A DNA stretch of 64,000 bases from an uncultured Nitrososphaerota archaeon (GCA_963838925.1 CAWISW010000001.1:256001-320000), one strand, 5' to 3'. Positions 45,453-55,905 are shown, numbered from the stretch's first letter. Made by a program: numbers and translations. The notes: a model not told the origin generated them from the letters alone.

Positions 45453-46670
45453 CTAAGATTTCGCCCGGGCGCCGGCGAACCGCCGCTGGATTATGCGGCT
45501 CCTGGTCTCGGGGAAGGCGGCCACCTGCAGGAGCTCGTTCGCCGTACCTGTCCTCTTGAGCATCCCTGCCAGCGCGAAGTACCAGGTCGAGCTCGGGACG
45601 GCTCCCTGGCTGTCAGGCATCTCGATCCTCGCGATCTTCGTTAGCGGGTCGTACTCGGTCGACGTCACATCCTCCCCCAGCTCCTCCCTCATCATCGCGA
45701 GCATGAACTTGACGGTCGTCTCGAACGGCTGGCGGGTCAGCTTGGAGGAGACCCTCGTCTCCAGGAGGCCGACGAGAGCATCGCCGATGCTCTCTATAGT
45801 GGCCTCGTCCTTCAAGACGCGCGCCACGGCCTCCACGAACAGGTCCTTCATCAGGAGCGGGTCCACGAAGAAGGGAAGGCCGTCGACCAGCTGCAGGGAC
45901 GAGATCGCCCTGCTGCTTGTCGCGTTCTTCCACAGCCCCTCGAAGAACTCGTCGCCTATCGCGCTCCTCAGCTCGCTGAGGACGATCTGGTACCCCCTCC
46001 CCGTCTGGCTGTTGACGATTATGAGCTCTGAGTTGTCGATGATGAAGATGCTCTTTGCGACGAAGTGTCTCCCGAACCTTAGCTTGAGCTTGGGCGATGA
46101 GAACGGGAACTCCGGGACGGTCTCCGTCAGCGATGAGACTATCCTCACCTCGGCGTCGTGCCTGCACGCGCTCTCGACCTCCTCGATGCACTCCTGGATG
46201 AGGTGGAGCCCCCAGTTGTCGACGATGCACTTCACCTCCTTCTCCGCCTTGAGTATCGACTCCTTGAGCTTCATGAGGAGGCTCTGCGAACCGAGGGAGA
46301 GGTACCTCTCCTCCATCACGTCCCCCGGGTTGATGTTCTTCTCCCTCACCTTCTTGAGGGCGACCATCGACTTCCTGAGCGTCCTCACCTTTCGCTCCCT
46401 CTCAACGAGGATCGACTGCAATACCTCGGGGGGCTGGGCCTCGAACCTCGAGGGCTTCCCGCCCTCGACCTCCCTGAGGAGGCCCTTCCTCGTGAGCTGC
46501 TGGGAGACCTGGTAGACCTTCGTCCTCGGGACGCCTGATGCGTATTGGATCTGGTTGACGGTGCAGGCGCCGTTGGAGAGGAGCGCGAAGTAGACCCTCG
46601 ACTCGTACTCGGTCAGGCCGAACCCCTGGAGCCCGACGACGAGCTCGCTGGAGTCGTCAGCGAGGGCCAT
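45453..46670 (-). CDS. TrmB-family transcriptional regulator with extended C-terminus
   Basis: FGLTEYESRVYFALL...SGVPRTKVY...L..KGL TrmB HTH; probable ATG at 46670. Confidence 0.88.
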   Translation of the reverse strand: MALADDSSELVVGLQGFGLTEYESRVYFALLSNGACTVNQIQYASGVPRTKVYQVSQQLTRKGLLREVEGGKPSRFEAQPPEVLQSILVERERKVRTLRKSMVALKKVREKNINPGDVMEERYLSLGSQSLLMKLKESILKAEKEVKCIVDNWGLHLIQECIEEVESACRHDAEVRIVSSLTETVPEFPFSSPKLKLRFGRHFVAKSIFIIDNSELIIVNSQTGRGYQIVLSELRSAIGDEFFEGLWKNATSSRAISSLQLVDGLPFFVDPLLMKDLFVEAVARVLKDEATIESIGDALVGLLETRVSSKLTRQPFETTVKFMLAMMREELGEDVTSTEYDPLTKIARIEMPDSQGAVPSSTWYFALAGMLKRTGTANELLQVAAFPETRSRIIQRRFAGARAKS

Positions 46671-46777
46671 TCCCCTTGATCCGTGATTAACTGCCATGCC
46701 ATTCACCGCGGTGACTGGTTGCTCGGTGACATTCCGCATAAGAAGACTGGTCATGTAGAATGTACCAGCGAGTCAAT

Positions 46778-47425
46778 ATGTCCCAATTCGCAAGCAAGTG
46801 GGAGAAGTCAAACAGTCAAGGAATCACGTCACGAGTACGTGAGTCTGTCAAGAATCCGGGTCCCCTCAAGCCGAGGCTGGACCTGGCCGTAAGGCAGATT
46901 CAGGTGCAAGTCGCGAAACTCGATGCAACGTCGGCAAAGCTCAGGGAAAGAGACGCCTCGATCTTCAACAAGATCGTGTCATCTATCCAGAAGCATGACT
47001 CGCAGCATGCTTCGGTCTATGCGAACGAACTCGCAGAGATCAGGAAGATGAACAGGATGGTCACACAGGCCAAACTGGCTCTCGAGCAGATAACCCTGCG
47101 GCTGAACACGATCACCGAGCTGGGCGACATCGTCGTGACCCTCACCCCTGCAATGTCAGTGATTCGCAGCGTCAGGCAAGGGCTTGTCAGCGTACTTCCG
47201 GAGGCAGAAGGCGAGATCGGCGAGATATCAGGCCTGCTGAGCAGCATCCTAGTGGATGCGGGCACAGTCGGCGGATACCAGCTGAACTTCGAGGCTGCCA
47301 ACGAGGACGCCGAGAAAGTCCTAGCAGAGGCTGCAGCAGTCGCCGAGCAGAGGATGAAGGAGAAGTTCCCAGAGATTCCCTCTGGGCTCCCCTCGATGGA
47401 AAGCTCGACGGAAAGCACATCGTAA
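46778..47425 (+). CDS. cdvB: ESCRT-III/Snf7 protein (CdvB1/2-like)
   Basis: YANELAEIRKM...LALEQITLRLNTITELGD, EDAEKVLAEAA, C-terminal FPEIP (MIM2-like). Confidence 0.93.
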   Translation: MSQFASKWEKSNSQGITSRVRESVKNPGPLKPRLDLAVRQIQVQVAKLDATSAKLRERDASIFNKIVSSIQKHDSQHASVYANELAEIRKMNRMVTQAKLALEQITLRLNTITELGDIVVTLTPAMSVIRSVRQGLVSVLPEAEGEIGEISGLLSSILVDAGTVGGYQLNFEAANEDAEKVLAEAAAVAEQRMKEKFPEIPSGLPSMESSTESTS

Positions 47426-47445
47426 AGGACTCAGGAATGGAAAAC

Positions 47446-47498
47446 GAGAGGGGTGCTCACCCGCTCAGGCGGGCGCATCCCCTCATCTCCTCTTTTTT
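47446..47498 (+). terminator. GC-rich hairpin plus T-tract after the first cdvB
   Basis: GAGGGGTGC..CCCGC-TCAG-GCGGG.GCATCCCCTC followed by CTCTTTTTT. Confidence 0.6.
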
Positions 47499-47717
47499 AG
47501 AATCTTAGGCTCGAAACCTTGGACCTGGTCCGAACAACTTGAAAACAACTAGAAACGAAGACGCGTCAGGGTCGAAGATTCGCGGCTTGTTCAGTCATTT
47601 GTTCTCTTTTGTTGACCAAAGGAATGATTACTTCGCATCGCCTTCACGCTCATGGATCGTGTCAGAGTCCTTGCTAGCGGGCGCAGTGGCTTCAGTGTCG
47701 GGGGTGCCATCCTGGTG

Positions 47718-48587
47718 ATGGCCTCGATGAGCCCGCTCCGGATATTCGGGAGAGGCAAGGGCGGGGGCGACTACAAGGGAAGGATAGCGATTGCCCTTCG
47801 AGAGATCGAGGCGCAGCGCAAGGAGCTCGACGGGCTGAAGGCCCGGCTCGCGGAGAGGAGGCAGAAGCTCTTCGAGACGACCGTCCGCGCCATCCAGGAG
47901 AAGAACCAGTCGAAGGCCGCGGTCTACGCCACCGAGCACGCGGAGGTCAGAAAGGTCTGCCGGGTGGTGGAGGCCAGCGAGCTCGCCCTCACTCAGGTTT
48001 CGTTGAGATTGCAGAGCATCACTGAGATCGGCGACGCGATGCTCCACATGGACACCGCGTTCAGGTCGCTGAAGCAGATCAGCAAGGAGATGCAGGGGGT
48101 AATCCCCGCGCTCGACGCGGCGTCGACCGACATCAACAGCACGCTCGTTGAGACCATGGCACAGATGGGGCAGATCTCCCCCAACATCAACATCGACATC
48201 AAGACGGAGAACTCCGAGGACCTCGTCGAGCAGGCGAAGAGGTACGCCGAGGAGCAGTCCGCCCGCCTCAGGGACAGCCTCAACATGATGCCCGGCAAGT
48301 TCGAGGAGCAGATCCTCCGCTCCTCTGAAGACCATACGCCGCTCCTTGCGACGGGCGACGACGAGGAGGAGGGCTTCGTGCTGGGCACCCTCTTCTCGGC
48401 CCCCAAGGACGAGAAGGTCGATTACGAGGTCCTGAGATACGCGGCGACCCACGAGGGCGCGCTCGACATCTCGAAGACGTCGCAGCAGCTCGGGATCCCG
48501 CAGGACCTCGTCGAGCAGTCGATGATACACCTGGTGGCACAGGGCAAGGTTAAACCGGCACCCTCTAGGAGCAACGAGTCGCGATGA
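47718..48587 (+). CDS. cdvB: ESCRT-III protein CdvB with C-terminal winged-helix domain
   Basis: YATEHAEVRK...LALTQVSLRLQSITEIGD; C-terminal VLRYAATHEGALDISKTSQQLGIP..LV. Confidence 0.9.
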   Translation: MASMSPLRIFGRGKGGGDYKGRIAIALREIEAQRKELDGLKARLAERRQKLFETTVRAIQEKNQSKAAVYATEHAEVRKVCRVVEASELALTQVSLRLQSITEIGDAMLHMDTAFRSLKQISKEMQGVIPALDAASTDINSTLVETMAQMGQISPNINIDIKTENSEDLVEQAKRYAEEQSARLRDSLNMMPGKFEEQILRSSEDHTPLLATGDDEEEGFVLGTLFSAPKDEKVDYEVLRYAATHEGALDISKTSQQLGIPQDLVEQSMIHLVAQGKVKPAPSRSNESR

Positions 48588-49876
48588 GCGTAGTAGCAGC
48601 GAGAGAGCTGGAGGAGGATGCGAGGAAGTACGCGGGAGAGGCGATACGCCTCGACTCTCAGGGCGCCCACGGGATGGCGATCCAGAGCTACCAGAAGGCG
48701 ATCTCCACGCTGATCAAGCTCGTCAGGCTGTACCCGGACTACAAGCTCAACAGGCACTACATGGACAAGGCATCAATCTACCAAGAGCGCGTGAAGGCCA
48801 TCCAGCAGGCGCACGGGCTCGTCCCTCAGGACACGCCCCAGGAGGGCGCCAACTTCTCGATCATGGGGCCGAGCGGAAGCGGGAACGGGAGCGCGGGCCA
48901 GCGCGCAGAGTCGGATGCGCGGAGCCCGGCCACCGTGACGGTGGGCCACGACAGGGGTAACGGCAGCGGCGACAAGGGCCCGCAGATGGTCCCGCAGCTG
49001 AAGGCCTCCTTCAACGAGCTCGTCATCAAGGAGAAGCCGAACGTGAAGTGGGACGACGTGATCGGGCTCGACGACGCCAAGCGAGCGATCAGGGAGTCGA
49101 TCGTCTTCCCGTTCGAGAGGCCAGACCTTTTCCCTCTGGGATGGCCGCGCGGGATCCTCCTCTACGGCCCGCCGGGGTGCGGCAAGACCATGCTCGCGGC
49201 CGCCACCGCCGCGGAGATAGAGGGCTACTTCATCTCGATAGACGCCGCGTCGATAATGAGCAAGTGGCTCGGCGAGGCGGAGAAGAACGTCTCGAAGCTC
49301 TTCACCGAGGCGAGGAAGCTCCTGGACAAGGGCAGCCCCGTGATAATATTCATCGACGAGCTCGACTCCATCCTCGGGAGCAGGACGAACGAGGTGGGCG
49401 GCGAGACGAGGGTCAGGAACCAGTTCCTAAAGGAGATGGACGGCATCCAGGACAAGGGGAACGACGTCCACCTCTACACCGTGGGCGCGACGAACAAGCC
49501 GTGGTCGCTCGACTGGCCGTTCCTTCGCAGGTTCCAGAAGAGGATCTACATCCCGCTCCCGAACTTCGACGGAAGGATGTCGATGTTCAAGAGCTACACG
49601 GTTCCGATCAACGTCGACAGCAGCATCAGCCTCGAGGACCTTTCGCGGCTCTCCGACGGCTACTCGGGCTCCGACATACGCGACATCTGTCAGGGAGGAC
49701 AGATGCGCGTCGTCAGGGAGCTCTTCGAGACCGGGAAGGCGCTCGACAAGAGCGTCCAGCCCAGGCCGATCGTCATGTCGGACTTCAAGGAGATAATGAA
49801 GGCGCGCAAGCCCAGCGTCTCGCCTGAGATGCTCAGGGCGTACGCCAACTGGGCCGAGCAATACAAAGCTCTCTAA
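48584..49876 (+). CDS. cdvC: Vps4-like AAA ATPase CdvC
   Basis: N-terminal MIT domain, GPPGCGKT, SKWLGEAEK, FIDE, RRFQKRIYIPLP. Confidence 0.95.
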   Translation: MSVVAARELEEDARKYAGEAIRLDSQGAHGMAIQSYQKAISTLIKLVRLYPDYKLNRHYMDKASIYQERVKAIQQAHGLVPQDTPQEGANFSIMGPSGSGNGSAGQRAESDARSPATVTVGHDRGNGSGDKGPQMVPQLKASFNELVIKEKPNVKWDDVIGLDDAKRAIRESIVFPFERPDLFPLGWPRGILLYGPPGCGKTMLAAATAAEIEGYFISIDAASIMSKWLGEAEKNVSKLFTEARKLLDKGSPVIIFIDELDSILGSRTNEVGGETRVRNQFLKEMDGIQDKGNDVHLYTVGATNKPWSLDWPFLRRFQKRIYIPLPNFDGRMSMFKSYTVPINVDSSISLEDLSRLSDGYSGSDIRDICQGGQMRVVRELFETGKALDKSVQPRPIVMSDFKEIMKARKPSVSPEMLRAYANWAEQYKAL

Positions 49877-49911
49877 GATTCTTAAGGCGCTGAAAGGGGG
49901 ACCGGGGCGCC

Positions 49912-51224
49912 TTGGACGAGACTCCCGCACCCGAAGAGATAGCGAAGAAGCTCGGCGAGAAGGTCACCGTCAGCGGGTGGGTCCACGACGTCAGGCTCCT
50001 CGGCGGCATCAGCTTCATCCTCGTCAGGAACAGCGAGGGCATGGTCCAGGTCACTGCGCCGAGAAAGGCCGTCTCCAAGGAGGTCATGGACCAAGTCTCC
50101 GCCCTCCACCCTGAGGACGTCGTCCGCTGCACGGGCACCGTCAAGGAGGCGAAGGTCGCCAAGAACGGCTTCGAGATAATCCCAGACAAGGTCGAAGTGA
50201 TATGCGCGGCAGCCACCCCGCTGCCCCTCGACCCCAGGGGCGTCACCGACGCCAACATCGACACCCGGCTCAACTGGAGGACTCTCGACCTGAGGAGGCC
50301 CAGGTCCAGGCGATCTTCCGAGTCCAGGACGCCCTCATCGAAGGGATGGAGGCTCACCTGCGCGCGGCCGGGTTCTTGCGCATATTCACCCCGAGCATCC
50401 TAGGCGGCGTCTCCGAGGGAGGCGCCGAGGTGTTCAAGACCGACTACTACGGAAGGCCGGCCTTCCTGAGGCAGGACCCGCAGCTGCACAGGCAGCTCGC
50501 GATCGCCGGCGGCCTGGGGAACGTCTACGACCTGGGACCGAGCTGGAGGGCGGAGCTATCGCACACGCCGAGGCACATGAGCGAGCACAGGACGATCGCT
50601 CCAGAGCTCTCTTTCATCCAGGACGAGAGGGACACCATGCGGGTCGAGGAGGCGATGCTCGTCAGCGGCATCAAGAATGCCAAAGAGAAGTGCCGCAGCG
50701 AGCTCAACGTCCTCCATCTGGAGCTAGAGGAGCCGCGCACCCCGTTCCCCGAGCTCGCCTTCCCTGAGCTTTACGAGACACTGAAGAAGCTAGGCCACGC
50801 CCTCCCCCGTGACAAGGATCTCGACAGGGAGTCAGAGAAGCTCCTGTCCGAGTTCGTCAAGAAGGAATATGGCTCAGACTACTTCTTCGTCAACCGCTTC
50901 CCCTCCTCGGTCAAGCCCTTCTACGTGATGCGCGTCGACTCGGAGCCCGAGTTCGCCCGCTCCGTGGACCTCGTGTACAAGGCGCTCGAGCTCTCGTCGG
51001 GAGGGCAGAGGGAGAACCGGCACGACAAGGTGGTGGAGCAGATATCCCAGAAGGGCCTCGACCTCCAGGGGCTCATGTGGTTCACAGAGCCGTTCAGGTA
51101 CGGCGTGCCGCCGCACGGCGGGTTCTCGCTGGGGATCGAGAGGCTCACGGCGTCGCTGCTGGGCATCGAGAACATCAAGGAGGCCGCGCTCTTCCCGAGG
51201 GACCCCGAGCGACTCCAGCCCTAG
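49912..51224 (+). CDS. aspS: Aspartyl-tRNA synthetase with -1 frameshift at ~50301
   Basis: OB fold GWVHDVR.LGGI; TRLNWRTLDLRRP continuing in another frame as VQAIFRV; RAE, SGGQR, GVPPHGGFSLGIERL, FPRD. Confidence 0.92.
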
Positions 51225-51249
51225 GGGAGACGGCGGACGCCCGACGCGC

Positions 51250-51660
51250 CTAGCCCTGGCTTTCCTCAGCCCATTCCTGGAGCTCGGAGAGAGGGAACTC
51301 CTCTCCGACAAAGTCCTCGTCCGCGTTCCTTCCCACGCTCTCTACGCGGATGTCCCTCTGGATCGGCGTCTTTGTGACGGTCACCGGCGGGGCAAGAGCG
51401 GACACCGTAAGGTCTGGTGGGGTGGACAGCACGGAGTTGCAGCTCGCGCAACGGAAGTACCATCTCTCCAGCGCCATCGAGTCCACCGCCATGGCCGTCT
51501 CCCAGAGGGCGGGGGACTTGCACAGCGGGCAGTTCGGCAGGTTCCTGTCGATCCAGTTCTGGGAGACGGTCCCTTGACCGGGGAGTCGTTTGAATTCCAC
51601 GGTGCGCCGCGGCGGGCCGGCGTTTCTAAATCTTGTCATGGCCTCCCGGATCTGAAGCAA
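51250..51660 (-). CDS. Zinc-ribbon hypothetical protein
   Basis: CPLC and CASC pairs. Confidence 0.6.
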   Translation of the reverse strand: MLQIREAMTRFRNAGPPRRTVEFKRLPGQGTVSQNWIDRNLPNCPLCKSPALWETAMAVDSMALERWYFRCASCNSVLSTPPDLTVSALAPPVTVTKTPIQRDIRVESVGRNADEDFVGEEFPLSELQEWAEESQG

Positions 51661-51702
51661 GGCGGACGCGTCCCCGCCACCGTCGATTACGAGGGCGCCG
51701 AC

Positions 51703-52233
51703 CTACATCCGCAGGGTGGCTTCCCTTTCGGACTCCACCAGGAGCTCTATCCCCTTGACCTGCTTCACGATCTTCTTGAGGGCCTCTATCTCGCCGCGGA
51801 GCCTCTCGGGCCTCCTTCCGGGGATTATCACCTTCGTGAGCTTGCTGCCGTCGGGGAGCCAGACCGTGTTCACGGTCAGGATGCGGATCGGGTAGAAGAG
51901 CTCCTCCAGGAACTGCCTGTCGGAGTTCGACGTCCCTATCACCCAGACCTTCCCCTTTAGCATGTCCTCGAGCTTCTGCTTTATCTCGGGCTTGGACCTG
52001 AAGAGGGCGGCGTCGGCCTGCTCCATCTCCATGACGTAGCTCCCCTCGACCTCGTACGACCGAAGGAGCGCCGCCTTGTTGAGCTCGGGGACTGACTCCG
52101 CCAGCTTCACCAAGACCTTCGAGACGACGATGTCGGAGTTGGATATCTGCCCTGCGCTCAGCTTCGCCTGACACTTGGCACAGAGGATGCCCGTCTTGGC
52201 GTCGAAGGCGCATATCGGTATCCTGAGTGGCAA
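51703..52233 (-). CDS. Archaeal NusA-like KH/zinc-finger protein
   Basis: PICAFDAKTGILCAKC N-terminus; GKVWVI, VNTVWLPDG. Confidence 0.82.
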   Translation of the reverse strand: MPLRIPICAFDAKTGILCAKCQAKLSAGQISNSDIVVSKVLVKLAESVPELNKAALLRSYEVEGSYVMEMEQADAALFRSKPEIKQKLEDMLKGKVWVIGTSNSDRQFLEELFYPIRILTVNTVWLPDGSKLTKVIIPGRRPERLRGEIEALKKIVKQVKGIELLVESEREATLRM

Positions 52234-52349
52234 GACCTAACTGGGAAAACCGCCCCGCCCGCTGATATAAAAATGTCTACCCCGAAAAACCATAGGCCGA
52301 CGTCGGGGCTAGGTTTATCCGAGATTGCCCGCTTCATCCCCATCGGATC

Positions 52350-53459
52350 ATGAGGCTCTTCGAGTTCCAAGGAAAGGAGCTCTTCTCAAGGTACGGCATC
52401 CCCGTCCCCCGCTCGAAGCTGGTCGGCGACCCCGCGGAGGCAGTGTCGGCCGTCGGCGACCTCGGCCTCCCGGCGGTCATCAAGGCGCAGGTCCTCGCGG
52501 GAGGGAGGGGGAGGGCGGGCGGGGTCGTCGTGGTGAGGACCAGGGACGAGGCCGAGAGGGAGGCGAGGCGCATACTGGACCTCTTGGTGGGGGGCGAACC
52601 CGCCAGGGCGCTCCTCGTCGAGGAAGCCTCCGAACACTCCGAGGAGATGTACCTCTCGGTCTCCCTCGACAGAGGGAGGAGGGAGTTCGTGGCCCTCGCT
52701 TCGAGGCGCGGGGGGACCGAGGTCGAGTCCCAGCCCGAGGGGACCATGCTCGAGCTTCCCGTGCCCCTCGAAGGGCTGAGCGCGGCCGACGCCTCGGCCC
52801 TGGCCGCCAAGCTCGGCCTCTCCGGGAGGACCTCCTCAGAGTTCCGCTCGATACTCCTCAAGCTCGAGAGGCTCTCCCGCGAGGAGGAGTGCGAGCTCGC
52901 GGAGATCAACCCCCTCGCGGTCCACGCGGACGGCAGCCTTCTGGCGCTCGACTCCAAGGTGGTGCTCGACGACAACGCGCTCTTCCGCCACCCAGAGTTC
53001 TCGCAGCTCCCCCCCGAGGACCCTATGGAGGGCGAGGCGGCGAGGTTCGGCTTCGCTTTCGTGAGGCTGGACGGGGACATCGCGGTCGTCGGGAACGGGG
53101 CGGGCCTCGTGCTGTCGACCCTCGACATGGTGGCCGACCAGGGAGGAAGGGCGGCGTGCTTCCTCGACCTGGGAGGGGGCGCGCAGCGGGAGAGGGTCGA
53201 GGCCGCCCTGAGGCTGGTCCGCGGGCTCCCGAACGCGAAGGCGATCCTGGTCAACATATTCGGAGGGATAACCCGGACCACCGACGTGGCCGATGGACTG
53301 AAGGACGTCCTCGCCGAGGGGCCCATCGCGCCCGTCTTCGCAAGGATCAGCGGCGCGGAGGAGGCGGAGGCGCGCGCGATGCTCGCGAGGCCGGGAATCT
53401 CGGTCTTCTCCGCCGCGAACGATGCGGTCCTCGCGGCCGTCAAAGAGGCCTCGGCTTGA
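52350..53459 (+). CDS. sucC: Succinyl-CoA synthetase beta subunit
   Basis: MRLFEFQGK, KAQVLAGGRG, EINPL, DDNALFRH, GNGAGL, NIFGGI. Confidence 0.95.
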   Translation: MRLFEFQGKELFSRYGIPVPRSKLVGDPAEAVSAVGDLGLPAVIKAQVLAGGRGRAGGVVVVRTRDEAEREARRILDLLVGGEPARALLVEEASEHSEEMYLSVSLDRGRREFVALASRRGGTEVESQPEGTMLELPVPLEGLSAADASALAAKLGLSGRTSSEFRSILLKLERLSREEECELAEINPLAVHADGSLLALDSKVVLDDNALFRHPEFSQLPPEDPMEGEAARFGFAFVRLDGDIAVVGNGAGLVLSTLDMVADQGGRAACFLDLGGGAQRERVEAALRLVRGLPNAKAILVNIFGGITRTTDVADGLKDVLAEGPIAPVFARISGAEEAEARAMLARPGISVFSAANDAVLAAVKEASA

Positions 53460-54331
53460 CGTTCGCCGTCCCTCTGAACGACGCCCCCGTGATAGTCCAG
53501 GGAATCACCGGGAGGTACGGCAGCCTACACGCGGGGCTGATGCGGGCCTACGGGACCAACGTCGCCGCGGGGGTCACGCCCGGAAAGGGAGGGGAAGCGG
53601 TCGACGGGGTGCCCGTCTGCGACAGCGTCAAGGAGGCTGTCGAGAGGACGGGCGCGAAGGCCTCGGTCCTCTTCGTCCCTGCGCCAGCCCTCCTCTCCGC
53701 CGCACAGGAGGCGGTCGCCGCCGGGATCAGGCTCCTCGTCGCCATCACGGAGCACGTGCCCATCCGCGACACCCTCGAGATGATCCGCCTGTGCGACAGC
53801 ACGGGCGCGCGCGTCATCGGCCCGAACACCCCCGGGCTGATAATGCCCTCGAGGAGGCTGAAGCTGGGGATAATGCCCGCGCCCTCGTTCATGGAGGGAG
53901 ACGTCGCGCTCTTCTCCCGCAGCGGGACGCTCATGTACGAGGTGGCCGACGGGCTCTCGAGGAGCTCCCTGGGGCAGCACGTCTCGATGGGCGTGGGGGG
54001 AGACCCGCTGAACTGCACCACCCTGACCGAGTGCCTGGACTGGGTCGCGGGGGTGGACGAGGTCAGGTCGGTCGTGCTCGTCGGGGAGATAGGGGGAGAC
54101 GCCGAGGAGAGGCTCGCCTCCCACATCACGTCGTCCAAGTTCTCAAAGCCGGTCGTGGCCTACATCGCGGGGAGGTCTGCCCCGAAGGAGAAGCACATGG
54201 GGCACGCCGGGGCCATCATCCACGGAGAATACGGGACCGCCGAGTCAAAGGTCGGGGCATTGAGAGAGGCGGGAGCCAAGGTGGCAATGACGACCGCGGA
54301 CATCCCCGCCCTGGTCAAGTCCTCGCGCTGA
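53456..54331 (+). CDS. sucD: Succinyl-CoA synthetase alpha subunit
   Basis: QGITG, GVTPGKGG, IGPNTPG, SRSGTL, GEIGG, MGHAGA. Confidence 0.95.
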   Translation: MTFAVPLNDAPVIVQGITGRYGSLHAGLMRAYGTNVAAGVTPGKGGEAVDGVPVCDSVKEAVERTGAKASVLFVPAPALLSAAQEAVAAGIRLLVAITEHVPIRDTLEMIRLCDSTGARVIGPNTPGLIMPSRRLKLGIMPAPSFMEGDVALFSRSGTLMYEVADGLSRSSLGQHVSMGVGGDPLNCTTLTECLDWVAGVDEVRSVVLVGEIGGDAEERLASHITSSKFSKPVVAYIAGRSAPKEKHMGHAGAIIHGEYGTAESKVGALREAGAKVAMTTADIPALVKSSR

Positions 54332-54401
54332 GGCTACCGGGCCGGTCTGACCTCGAAAAGTCCTTAAGCGGGCCTTGAACGGCTTTGGAAGGAATTCCCG
54401 A

Positions 54402-54569
54402 ATGCCGATTGCAGATGTGACGAAGAAGCAGATTGCCCAGAAGCGCCGCCTGTTCCTGAAGGTGTGCCTGCGCTGCGGGGCGAGGAACGCGCTTCAGGCC
54501 ACAAGGTGCAGAAAGTGCCACGCGTCGGTCTTGAGGCTGAAGAACAGGTCCGTCGGGCTCAAGAAGTAG
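54402..54569 (+). CDS. rpl40e: 50S ribosomal protein L40e
   Basis: KVCLRCGARN...ATRCRKC...LRLK. Confidence 0.94.
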   Translation: MPIADVTKKQIAQKRRLFLKVCLRCGARNALQATRCRKCHASVLRLKNRSVGLKK

Positions 54570-54616
54570 CAATCAACCCAGAGCTTAAATCGACTCGAAA
54601 GTCGCGGATTGGCTCT

Positions 54617-54691
54617 GGGCCGGTCGTCTAGCCTGGTTAAGACGCTGCTCTCACACGGCAGAGTTCCCCGGTTCAAATCCGGGCCGGCCCA
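54617..54691 (+). tRNA. tRNA-Val(CAC)
   Basis: GGGCCGG/CCGGCCC acceptor stem; CTGCT-CTCACAC-GGCAG anticodon arm; GTTCAAATC. Confidence 0.94.
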
Positions 54692-54726
54692 CTCCCTCTT
54701 CAACCTCCAGTTCGCGTCGGCGTATC

Positions 54727-55830
54727 TTATTGGCCGACGCCTAGCGTGTTCCCGATCCCTGCGAAGAGGACGCTGTCGCCCTCCTTCGTCCTCTCCATGA
54801 TCACCGCCGTCATGGCGTCCGCCACAGCCTGCGAGGCCTCGGCGATCTCCTTCCTCATCACCCCTAGCGCCTCGGCCTGGCTCTCCTTCACAAGGATGGC
54901 GTATATGGGGACGGAGTGCTTTGAAGCCACCTCCTCGATCCCGAACTTCTCCGTCCCGATCCCGCCGATTGCGGCGCCCATCCCCTCGACCATCTCGCCC
55001 GTCTTCTCGCCTTCCAGCTTCAGGGCGGCGTCGACCATGATTATCGCGCTCAGCTCGACCTTCTTCTCCTCGACGACCTTCCGGATCGCGACATCCATCT
55101 CGCCGACGTACCCCATCGGCCCCTCTGCCTTGACCACGTACAATGTCCTGCCCTTGTACTCCGTCTTGCTCAGAACGGTGTCCCGCGCGATCGGCTCCTT
55201 GGGCGCCTTCACCATGAACCTCGAAGCGACCAGGGCGCCCACGCCGTCTCCGATGGGCTGGGCGCTCGCGATGGGCTCCATCGCGTCGCTGAAGGAGGCG
55301 GCCATCTCCATGATCTGGGGCAGGCTCGCCTGGATCTGGACGAGGGTGAAGTAGGACTTTGTCTTCCTGCTCGTGAGATAGTAGTGCCTGACCACCTTGT
55401 AGATCGTATCGAGCGCGCTGGAGATCTCGACGAGGTTCTGGGCGACCGAGACCTTGACCGGGTCGTCGACGCCCACGAGCCGCTGGACCTCGCTCCTCAC
55501 CCTCACGTCGCTGTTCCTTACGACCTGCTGCATCTTGGGGACGACCCCCGCCGGGTCGAGGGTCTCGGGCATTATCGTCACGAACTCCAGCAGCTGGTCG
55601 AGCCTCTTCGCAGTGTCGCCAGCCGGCCTCCCCGCCAGGATGTAGTCCAGGGTCTGCTTCGACGCCCTCTCCTTGCTCGTCATGAGGCGGTCGACCGCCC
55701 TGCTGACTCCTCCTATCGAGATGTAGTACTGGAGCTGCTGCCCGAAGACTATGAAGACGAAGAAGAATGCAAGGTAGACCACGGTCAGCAGGTCGTTGGT
55801 CCCGGCGCCGAACTGCAGCGGGGAGGTCAT
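54727..55830 (-). CDS. DUF1512-family membrane-anchored protein
   Basis: LDPAGVVPK, YKVVRHYY, PIGDGVG, VDAALKLEGEKTG, GIGNTLGVGQ. Confidence 0.85.
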   Translation of the reverse strand: MTSPLQFGAGTNDLLTVVYLAFFFVFIVFGQQLQYYISIGGVSRAVDRLMTSKERASKQTLDYILAGRPAGDTAKRLDQLLEFVTIMPETLDPAGVVPKMQQVVRNSDVRVRSEVQRLVGVDDPVKVSVAQNLVEISSALDTIYKVVRHYYLTSRKTKSYFTLVQIQASLPQIMEMAASFSDAMEPIASAQPIGDGVGALVASRFMVKAPKEPIARDTVLSKTEYKGRTLYVVKAEGPMGYVGEMDVAIRKVVEEKKVELSAIIMVDAALKLEGEKTGEMVEGMGAAIGGIGTEKFGIEEVASKHSVPIYAILVKESQAEALGVMRKEIAEASQAVADAMTAVIMERTKEGDSVLFAGIGNTLGVGQ

Positions 55831-55905
55831 TGCGGTCCGCTCTTGCAAGGAGCTCCTCTTAAACACGAGAAAGGGTCCGCGGGCTAGCTGGCCGCGGGAG
55901 GGCGC

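Noticed and set aside
50290-50310. Programmed frameshift or pseudogenisation of aspS
   Set aside because: Normally essential gene with both halves intact and no slippery heptamer. Similar indels in tatD (~11208), the HerA-like ATPase (~15065) and the LAGLIDADG gene (~28730) point to sequencing or assembly error; read mapping would decide.
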